Positions 54,340 through 64,000 of a DNA stretch of 64,000 bases are shown here, piece after piece (positions within the stretch are counted from its first letter, which is position 1; each line of letters opens with the position of its first letter). This stretch comes from Octopus vulgaris (lineage: Eukaryota). The notes beneath the pieces are model-generated. The model saw only the letters and a program-made list of their open reading frames with translations. It was not told the origin of the DNA and ran no database searches. The stretch covers positions 92,628,001-92,692,000 of the forward strand of contig OX597819.1 in assembly GCA_951406725.2 (NCBI GenBank), in the 5' to 3' direction. A program made the translations under genes and the position numbers.

Positions 54340-54857
54340 ATAATCCCTACTTTCAGTTCATCTTTGGTGATACAAGGCGTTTTGTTGGTCCCTCGCTCAA
54401 CTGCCCTGTCGCCAAACACAGGTTCTTTCAGTTGTCACTTCTTGATCCAGGGCAGCACTGCCCCTTCAGGCACTTGATGCAGGTCTTCGTGCTGAGTCTC
54501 AAGCCGTGTGGGAAGATGAATGGAGACATCACGAGCAATCACTCGAAACACCATGATGTTGACTGGATGTTTGATTTTTTATCATCCTAGGAACATGTCC
54601 TCATATTGCACTATCCTCAGATTGACATCTAAACACTCTGAAATTTTCTTAATGGAGCTTCTGGCAATAATGCCAGGAAGTACAGCTTGTAGCATGTCGT
54701 TTCCATACTGCTGGCAGAATGAATTGTGTGATGGTGCTGTTTTTCTCATAGATGGTGCCGAACTGACCCTACTATACTGTGTAGTCGACAAAATCAAAAA
54801 CAAACAATGCACATGCGCGAAATTAAAAAATGATGACAATTTACCCATCGCACCGTG
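54340..54857 (-). mobile_element. Deleted maT/DD37D-like Tc1-mariner element
   Basis: TIR-like TA|cacggtgcgatgggtaaattg. Translation gives DV.SPFIFPHGLRLS...IKCL..AVLPWIK and AVERGTNKTPCITKDELK. Confidence 0.65.
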
Positions 54858-54949
54858 TATATATATAGTCAATTAAAAGAAAGAGAGTAAAAAAAAGCAA
54901 ACGAACCTGAGGACGTAGCACAAGCAATGTATTAATATGACGAGTAGCT

Positions 54950-54986
54950 GTTTTATGTCTCGAGAATAGCTCTTCTTCGGAAAAAC
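54950..54986 (-). ncRNA. Decayed hammerhead in pLTR-type fragment (54880-55020)
   Basis: Minus strand reads gtttt-t CCGAAGA a-gag-ctatt-ctc GAGA ca TA aaac. Confidence 0.5.
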
Positions 54987-55020
54987 GAAAAACAGGAAAG
55001 TCTAAAGAGAAAGAAAGAAG

Positions 55021-55822
55021 GAGTTCAATAATGACAACACGCAACGGAAAGTGCTTGGAATATTAAGGCAGTAAATGGGGATCGGACAAAAAGCGTAAGC
55101 CGAGTCGGAAAGTACAGCGTAGAAGACGAGCCTCCTCCTAGACGATCTATAGAGTTCGATGAGGGTATCCTGCAAACCTTGGTGGAACAAAATCCCATCG
55201 TAACTGTTGAGAAGCTTGGATTTGTTCCTTCAAACATTCATCGATTCCTGCGTGCCATTGGAAAAGTCAGCAGATTGAGTCAATGAGTTCCTCACAAACT
55301 TTCCGAGTCTAATACGCACAGAGAGTGAATATGTGCTCTTCTTTACTGTCACGTTTCAAGAACGAACCTTTTTTTGACCGAATAGTGACTGGTGAGGAGA
55401 AATAGGTTCTCTATAAAAATGTCATGCGCCGAAGACAGTGGGTAGGGAAAGGAGAAACACCGGCACCACAGGCTAACGAAGGTCTTCACCGACATGAAGT
55501 GTTGTTATCTGTTTGGTGGAATATGACAGTTTTAATCCACTTTGAACTTCTAAACCCAAACCAAACAATAACAAAGATCTACTGAGAGAAGTTTGAGCGG
55601 CTTAGGTCAGCACTAGGCAAGGTCAGAACAGTATTGGAGGAATATTTTTCTCCACGGACAAGTGAATTTTGGAAGAGGAGCCTTGTAAGTCTACCACATA
55701 GATGGAAGAGCATTGTAGAAAATGAAGGAGAGTATATTTTAGATTAAACAAGAACATTGTTTATCTTAATTTTGAGAAATAAAAGAAGTACAAAAAACTG
55801 CATTATTTAAGGGTTCGCCCAA
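55021..55822 (+). mobile_element. Decayed, internally deleted mariner transposon
   Basis: LQTLVEQNP, Q*VPHKLSE, DRIVTGEEK*VLYKN, VLLSVWW, IHFELL, RWKSIVENEGEY. TIR-like end cattattt..gggttcgcccaa|TA. Confidence 0.9.
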
Positions 55823-55936
55823 TATGTATACATGTATATATACGTACATACTGACATGCTTGCATGTGTATATATATATATATGATAGCTAGCCACTATA
55901 CATTTTTATTTTCTCTCTCTACTTATTCCTGTTTTC

Positions 55937-55972
55937 CTTTCTGTTGAAGAACGTAGGCTCGAAATGTAAAAG
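55937..55972 (+). ncRNA. Hammerhead variant (CUGUUGA), family B fragment 55910-56040
   Basis: cttt CTGTTGA agaac-gtag-gctc GAAA tg TA aaag. Confidence 0.55.
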
Positions 55973-56877
55973 ACTTTCTCACTTCCCGAGCGTTAAACCA
56001 ATACATCTGTTTGTTGTTTACACACCCGTCTTCGTCTCTATATGAACATGCGTATATGTGTATATATACTACATGTGTGGGTATGGGCATATATCTGCGT
56101 GTCTGCAAGTGCGTGTCTATTTCATTCTAAATATCTTCCATCCTCTTCTCAGTAGCAATGTTAATTCCTCCTTTTCTTCTCCAGGAAGATTAGAAATTAT
56201 TTTTCAATATTAAACACAGATAAAAATTGAAATTAGATATTCTATGCACTGAGTTTAAAGAAATTCTTTCCAGCTTCAATAGATGTGTTGCAGTATTTAT
56301 ATTGCATTAGTATAGATCCATGGACTATTAAATCTATATATCTAAAATATAGTTTTCTTTAAACTTACATGTTTGTATTTTTTTTATTAAAGAATAAATA
56401 AAAAGTATAGAAAATAAGCCTCTTTTTTAATTTTAGACGTATGAATATGATCAACATCAACTTTCAATTCTGCACTCGTATTCTATACATCATTATACAG
56501 AAAACCCTCTACGGCACTTAGGAAACTGATTATTTGTTTTACAGTCAATTCCTTAGTATATCAGATATGCAACCACTTTCCAGCCTTGTAGTATGCTTAT
56601 GAGCAAGATATTTAACGTTCTACTACTTAGTTAATCTAGGTGTGGCTAGATATCATAGGATGTTTGATGGTTCGCGCTATTGTTATTTGCCGGTGCGTTC
56701 GGAGTTGAACTGTGGGTGCTTGAGCGTGAAGCGGTGACGGCGGCTTCAAACAGGGGCTGCCTTTTCGGTGTCGAGGCAGCGTCTCCTTGAAGTCATGCTT
56801 TTGCAACCGGCGTTACGCCACTTTCCTGTTGTCGCATGCCCATTTCTGAATATTTGGTCGATTTGCACGGTTCTGAG

Positions 56878-56945
56878 TGCGCTATTCGCCGAATGCGCTA
56901 TTCGCCGAATGCGCTATTCGCCGAGTGCCCAAATTGCCCGGCAGG
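56878..56945. repeat. GC-rich 16-bp minisatellite (tgcgctattcgccgaa x3 plus a degenerate unit)
   Basis: Read directly. Confidence 0.9.
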
Positions 56946-58293
56946 TTTTTTTCTGTTTCACCTTTTACTTTTTTCTACTATAGGCCTGGAAGATGGGGGA
57001 GAAGCAAAGTCGATTAGATTAACCTCAGTGCCTGGCTCCAAAAAGATGAAAGGCAAAGCCGACTTAGACGGAATTAGAACTCAGAACGTAAAATCTGACG
57101 AAATGCTGCTAAGCATTTTTGCTTAGTATACTAATTATTCTGTTAGCTCGTCACCTTAAGCGGAAATAAACTATGGGACCAAAATATAGCCAGAGTTGGT
57201 TTCGTACTGTTTAGACTTATATTTCATTGCATTTTATGTTTGATTAATTTTAATTTTAATTTAGAATTCTCTCCCCTGCCTGTCTTGACCAAAAGTGATA
57301 CTGTGGTTATTCAATATTTCCCTTCACCAATAGTTTCATTTACAACTAAATATACAATCTAACCTGTATACGCAAGTGAAGCTGTATCTAATTAATATAA
57401 CCATCTATGTATCATAGTCAATGTAGACACAGTCGGTAGGCCAATTACTCGAGTATTTATTTTATCCTGAAGTAACATCTCTTACGGATTTGCTGGGTTG
57501 AAAATCAAAATAAATATCAAAGGAAAATGAAAATTCTTCCCGGCAGCAGCCAGCAAAAAGGCTAAATGCACTTAGACATTTTTGGTCCTTTTCAATGGAG
57601 CATAAGCGCCGCCAGCCGCATGATCGGACGGAAATTCGTCTTCTCTGTCGTAGGAAAGAAGTGCATACGACGTTCAGCGATGTGGCAAACAGCTAACCGT
57701 CTGAATAAAATTCCTCTATACGCAATTGAAGTAACAACAATCTTTTTATCATCGATAACGTATACCCACTGTCGATTGGTCATTCTTGATCCACATTGTA
57801 TTAACCAAAACAACGACAGAAATAACAGCCAGCTTTAAATCGCCAATTTAAACTTAGTTTCTCTATCTCAGCATTACTGGTATAAGATATAACCAATGAA
57901 TCACATTATCGTTGATTTCCAGAGAAAAAAATTATCAACATATAACATATTCTATCCTAGAAAATAACCCCCACTCACAAACTTCTTTTTTTTAGACCAG
58001 TGACCAAACGAAAAGAATCTCATTCTTAGAATGATATTCATAAAAATACTGTGTCCCTGTGGAACAATCTATAGCAGACCCACTACAGAAAGCTTAATAC
58101 AGATTTATTCTGAGAAAACTTATAAAGCGCTGCACAGAAATTGGGTCAAAATGTCAATATAGTTAGAATGGTGCTTTAAAGATCAGCCATTCTATCTAAT
58201 TCTTATTCTTTGTATTTGATTTTTCTCTAGTTCACACACAAAAACAAACACACAAAGCATAGACACACATACACACCTTCTCACCCTTTATCC

Positions 58294-58363
<70 letters not shown>

Positions 58364-58368
58364 GTATG

Positions 58369-58421
<53 letters not shown>

Positions 58422-58500
58422 CGAGAGAGAAAGTGTGGGAGAAGGCATATATATGTATATATATATACACTTGTATGTATATATTATATATATGTGTATA

Positions 58501-58537
<37 letters not shown>

Positions 58538-58720
58538 AAAGGGCTTAGTAAAATAAATTACTTTGCCGCATACTGAACTCATTAGAAATAGCAGCTAAAA
58601 AACTTTTTTAAAGCTATTTCTAATACTTAAAGAAAATCTCTCTCATATATAGTGTTTGCTTAATTCAACTCACAAAAGTTTGGGGGTAAGGACATTAAAA
58701 AATCAAATGCTAAGGTTATT

Positions 58721-58772
58721 TGAGAACGTACGTTTCAAGATTAGTCAAAACAACACTTCTATCATCAGCTCA
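58721..58772 (-). ncRNA. Type I hammerhead ribozyme, copy 1
   Basis: Minus strand reads tgag CTGATGA t-aga-agt-gttgttttg-act-aa-tct-t GAAA cgtacg TT ctca. Confidence 0.85.
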
Positions 58773-59265
58773 GAAACTCCTTGGTTTGGATTTGGAAACA
58801 CTGAAAGTAAGAACATACCCTTTCGAAGATCCGCTCGTAACTAACAGTGCCAACAAACCCAAATAAGCAAGCGAAGAATTTCTGTTCTCCCCTTTCCACC
58901 AGCGTGGGTTAAAATCATCAAACGCTATGCTTATTTCGGTAAAATCCGAAGCATTAATTAGAGGGAGATTAATTATAATTTCAACAATTGAGGGTAAAAT
59001 TAATTAATTATTAATCAATTTCACCAAGTGTTCAGTATGCAAAGGGACCATTTAAGGCGAATTCAAATTATTACATTATATAAAAGGGCTTAGTAAAATA
59101 AATTACTTTGCCGCATACTGAACTCATTAGAAATAGCAGCTAAAAAACTTTTTTAAAGCTATTTCTAATACTTAAAGAAAATCTCTCTCATATATAGTGT
59201 TTGCTTAATTCAACTCACAAAAGTTTGGGGGTAAGGACATTAAAAAATCAAATGCTAAGGTTATT

Positions 59266-59317
59266 TGAGAACGTACGTTTCAAGATTAGTCAAAACAACA
59301 CTTCTATCATCAGCTCA
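59266..59317 (-). ncRNA. Type I hammerhead ribozyme, copy 2
   Basis: Same sequence as 58721-58772, offset by 545. Confidence 0.85.
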
Positions 59318-59756
59318 GAAACTCCTTGGTTTGGATTTGGAAACACTGAAAGTAAGAACATACCCTTTCGAAGATCCGCTCGTAACTAACAGTGCCAACA
59401 AACCCAAATAAGCAAGCGAAGAATTTCTGTTCTCCCCTTTCCACCAGCGTGGGTTAAAATCATCAAACGCTATGCTTATTTCGGTAAAATCCGAAGCATT
59501 AATTAGAGGGAGATTAATTATATATATATAACAATTGTGTGTGTGTGTGTGTGTGTGTAATGTGTGTGTGTGTGTTCAGTGTGTAAGAGAGATGGATACA
59601 TTCAATTATTACATTATATAAAGCATACATACTTACATACAGACATACGTAAATACTTTGGTAGGACATTAAAAATCAAATGTACATATGTATTTATACG
59701 CACACACACGCACATATATATATATTACATCGTAAAATCGAGTTAATTAAGTTAAT

Positions 59757-59808
<52 letters not shown>

Positions 59809-60270
59809 TCTTGTGTATCTCTCTCTGACATATGTATACGCACACACCACATATATATATTACACATTCTTTATATATATGTGTGTGTGTGTGTAATTGT
59901 GCGTGCGCGCGTGCGTGTATGTGTGTGCGTGTATACAAATACATACATATAAATATTTACGTATATATTACGTATATGCGTCGATTTACATTATAACCAA
60001 TCTTGCGTCATTACAACGTCGACAATTACTGGTTTATTTCTATGTATTGTGACGTTTTTCCTTTCTGCACACGGTGGATTGTTCATTATGGCATAAAATG
60101 CAATATGGTGGATAATTTTACAATTTGATATATATATTATTTTACTTTTATTCTTTTACATGTTTCAGTCATTTGACTGCGGCCATGCTGGGGCACATAC
60201 GTACATACGTACATATATATATATATATATATATATTTATGTGTATAAGTAGGTATATACAAATACACAC

Positions 60271-60324
<54 letters not shown>

Positions 60325-60700
60325 GTATGCATGTATGCATGTGTTCGAATATATATGTTATATAAGAATGTATATATAAGAATATATATACATGTTATAG
60401 CTTTTCTAATCAAGGTGGTGCCCAGCACGGCCGCATTCAAAGTGACTGAAACAAGTAAAAGAAAAAACATAAAAGATATATATATACATATATACATATG
60501 AATGTGTAGGGATGTTTGTGTGTGTGTGTGTGTGTATGCGTGTACAACGAATTTCCACTCTATTTAAGACTCACAAATTCACTCACAAATCATTTCTCGG
60601 TTCGGAGCTATTGTGGAGAACGCTCAATATATTTCGCAGTGGACTAAACACTAAACCTCGTCGTTGCAAAATGAGCTCTTTAGTAACATAACAAGCCTAT

Positions 60701-60755
<55 letters not shown>

Positions 60756-61552
60756 CACACATACATGCACGTACTCACACACATGTTTACATATACGCGT
60801 ACACTGTCTTCTATTTTAGACATAAAGAAAGAGTACATTTACCTATATTTATTTATACGCTTATGTAAATTTATGTAAATTAATCTCTGTTAATGTTTAC
60901 ATCTCCTAATTATTTTGCACATCTATGACTATACGTGCCGCACAGTAACAAAGCTTATGAGTGTACGTCTACGTATACGTGTGTGTGTGTGTGTGTGTGT
61001 AACATTTTTGCTAGTCTGTTAAGATTTTAAAAATCTAATTGAAGAGCATATTAAATTATAAATTAATTTCGGAAGATAAAAGATACTTTTTATGTGAAAG
61101 AAAAGAAGAAAATAAATCAAAGGGAATATTTATTTTAGCATACGAAAATTAATTGGTATTCAATTAATTTGTATTGTACTGATTATTTCTTGTGAGTATT
61201 TAAATAAAAACTAAACGGAATCTATACTCACTCAAAAGAAACGTAACACTAAAATTATTCGATGACGCTGAGAATGATGGGAGTGGTGGTTTAGAGAGAG
61301 TAAAAAAAAAACACGTTGCCAAAATAATTTTATTCCATACAGTAGCAAGTTAATCAATGGTTTCTCGCAGACAAAAGAATATCCGGCAGTTGCCTTCCGT
61401 TTCTATTTAGACAGTATTGAAGGCAGCAGATAATAAACCGACATAATACCCAGAAATTCTGTCATCAAACTATCAAACACAGCTTCACCACTATCACGCC
61501 CCAGTCACCGCAGTCAGCAACCATGTTTTTTTTCAAAACCAATTTCATTCAT

Positions 61553-61565
61553 CACCACTACCACC

Positions 61566-61597
<32 letters not shown>

Positions 61598-61656
61598 CAA
61601 CAAAATTCATAGCATCCAAATCATCTTCCTCAACACTATCATGATTATCATCGTCG

Positions 61657-61688
<32 letters not shown>

Positions 61689-61714
61689 GTCATCATCGTC
61701 GTCGTCGTCGTCAC

Positions 61715-61750
<36 letters not shown>

Positions 61751-62030
61751 GTAATCATTGTCATCATCAGCATCAACCTTTTTATCATCGTCGTCGTGAT
61801 CTCATTATGATCGATGGCGTCATCATCATTATCAATACTATTGCTGTCGTCGTCGCCGTCATCATCATCATCAACATCATCAGCATCAGTAGTAGAAAAA
61901 GCAGCAGTAGGCGTAGCAGCAGAAGAAGCGGTGACGGCGGTAGTAGCAACAGCAAGAGAAATAACAACCTTAACCACCAACAACACCGACACAATCAACA
62001 TCTTTCGCATCATCTCCTCCTCCTCCTCCC
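61553..62030. repeat. Compound trinucleotide repeats (CAC/CAA/CAT/CGT/CAG)
   Basis: Read directly. They explain the low-complexity ORFs at 61747-62073. Confidence 0.9.
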
Positions 62031-62202
62031 CTCCACCTCCCCAATATCATCTGTAACGTCATCAGCTGCATGAATGAGAGCAGTAGTACAGACGACTTTT
62101 GTTCTTATGTTCTTATTCTTACAATCTGTCCAAAGGAAATCCTTACAAACTCAGTCACTATAAAACGCGGAAGGAGAACAGTTTCATACGATATCAGTCA
62201 CT

Positions 62203-62820
62203 AAGGCAGCGAGCTGGCAGAAACGTTAGCACGCCGGGCGAAATGCTAAGCAGTATTTCGTCTGCTGTTACGTGTTGAGTTCAAATTCCACTGAGGTCGA
62301 CTTTGCCTTTCATCCTTTCGGGGTCGATTAAATGAGTACCAGTTACGTGCAAAAGAGTTTTCGTAACCGCAGATGTCGGCTTTTTACACTTATGCACTTC
62401 AGGCCACTTTTAAAAGCTGTTCCTCACAACAAGGTAATATGAACCTTTAAGCGGACATGCGCAATCAACATGCAGTTTGGACCATGGAATAGCTGTTTAT
62501 GGTCACAGTTGCCATTTAGTGGTGGTTACATTTGCAGCTAAGGCACACCCTCTACATGTTCTCACTATTCTTCATAATCGACTTAATCCGTTTGCCTGTC
62601 CTTGTTTGTCCTCTCTGTGTTTAGCCCCTTGTGGGTAGTAAAGAAATAGGTATTTCGTCGGTCTTTACGTTCTGAGCTCAAATTCCGCCGTGGAGGATTT
62701 TACCTTTCATTCTTTCGAGTTCGATAAGATAAGCACCAATGAGGCATTAGAGTCGATGCAAATGTCTAGTCCCCTTCCTCAAATTTCAGGGCTTGTATCC
62801 ATAGTAGAAAGGACATTAAA
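62203..62820 (+). mobile_element. Nin-type SINE (with a second partial unit) interrupted by an insertion
   Basis: Matches the 8283 family at 62203-62350 and resumes at 62575. Confidence 0.85.
62352..62574 (-). pseudogene. Ty3/Gypsy integrase fragment
   Basis: RIVRTCRGCALAA...W.L*P*TAIPWSKLHVDCACPLKGSYYLVVRNSF*KWPEV covers the end of the HHCC zinc-binding motif and the first catalytic D region. Confidence 0.85.
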
Positions 62821-64000
62821 TCAGATATTCCAAATTAAGTAAAATATTCTGTTGACGCTTTCGGGATCAAATCTTCTTGAAAAATGAATTTGCAGTTACT
62901 TGCACTCCAACGCTGTTTTATAATTAAGAACTAGAATTAAATACAAAACTATAAGATGAAAAGATTTGAAAATAAATCGGCAAAGCCAAAAATCAATCAA
63001 TTTAGTACATCGATATTTACATCTATCTTTCATCTTTTAGTTGTTTCAGTTTTTGGAATGCGTCCAGGCTTCAATCCCGCCTTAACGGGTTTTAGTCCAT
63101 TAAGTAGACATCCGTATATATTTATTGAAGTCTGGTGTATATTCTAAGGGCATCTTCTGTAGTACCGCGAAACAAACCAGCACCGATTATCCAACACGGG
63201 TGGGTGGGGTAAAAATGTAGACACAAAGACACGCACACGTCAACGCTTGCACACATCACACATATGTCTATGTATGTATGTTTTATATCCTGGTGTTGGA
63301 TAAATAATTTAACGAAGCAGGGGGAAAGAAAGTATTCATACAACGCATTACGATTATTGTTACACGAGGTTAACCGCTCTCTACCAACGGCCCATAGCGA
63401 ACTGATTTCTAATCGATTGCTCACAGCACTTTATGTTATAGCAGTATGTCGGTCCACTTTACTCACATGGAGGAGACAGCATAGAATTAGTCTCCCCTAA
63501 CTTCTCTTTTGAGAATTCAGCTCCGCTCAGATTTTGATATCTCTTACGCTTAGGGTTCGATTCCAGTGTTTCCGTTCTTTTCCGTTTTCAGGTGCTAGAA
63601 CGCGTAGTTTCAAATTGTTTTGGTGTTGGTACCTCAAACGTGTCGTATAATACTTTCATGTGGATTTCATTTCTCGCGACTGTTTTCTCAGTGAATGTTT
63701 TTCAAGTTGGTTAATATGCCTTTTATGTTCGACATTTTTCCTTTTACCAGGAATGATATTCTTTCAAGTTGTTTAATAATTACACACTCCACCCATCTTT
63801 CTTAACTATATAGATAGGTTTAAAAAAAACTTTGTCGCCTAACATGAAGAATTTTGAAGTATATTTATTGTTCGCCATTTTTTCTATTTTTAAGCGGTAT
63901 CAACTTATCAAAAACGGATCTAATCTTTCTAGCAAATATCAGTTCTGCGGGTGACATTCCAGACGGGGTATTCGGATTAGTTGTTACTCGGTATACTCTT

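Larger units (their letters stand above)
58530..59522 (-). mobile_element. Retrozyme-like head-to-tail tandem, 545-bp period (~1.8 monomers), flanked by (TA)n
   Basis: 58530-58977 appears identical to 59075-59522. There is one hammerhead per monomer. Confidence 0.85.

Noticed and set aside
56878-56945. CRISPR-like array
   Set aside because: The repeats are contiguous with no spacers, and the context is eukaryotic.
58656-59389. Duplicated 62-aa ORF in the tandem
   Set aside because: Non-ATG start, no recognisable motif and antisense to the ribozyme. The identity only reflects the DNA duplication.
61747-62073. Ala/Asp/Ser-rich ORFs resembling a secreted peptide
   Set aside because: They lie in compound trinucleotide repeats that are open in several frames, with no splice or codon support.

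Overview
AT-rich, microsatellite-saturated eukaryotic DNA. The SINE families, the Nin-domain SINEs and the (TA)n/(CA)n density look like an octopod cephalopod, though that assignment is inference. I found no convincing host protein-coding exon, and almost all listed ORFs are microsatellite read-throughs. The window is a transposon patchwork. It holds a near-intact Neptune-type Penelope-like element (PLE; RT plus GIY-YIG, 20746-23648, one amber stop, one -1 frame step), several decayed PLEs, RTE and CR1/L2 LINE relics, mariner, maT-like and Chapaev3 relics, a mariner MITE, a probable non-autonomous Helitron and at least three tRNA-derived SINE families. The main hidden signal is about 18 minimal type I hammerhead ribozyme (HHR) motifs, read by eye on both strands and in several unrelated repeat families. 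They occur in the PLE 3' region, in a 545-bp head-to-tail retrozyme-like tandem, in an older ~354-bp tandem, in tRNA-headed SINE-like elements and in fold-back palindromes. Many of these elements sit inside (TA)n tracts. Together they suggest a PLE-driven set of self-cleaving, possibly circular-RNA, non-autonomous retroelements that target TA microsatellites. All structures were assigned manually and none has been tested.
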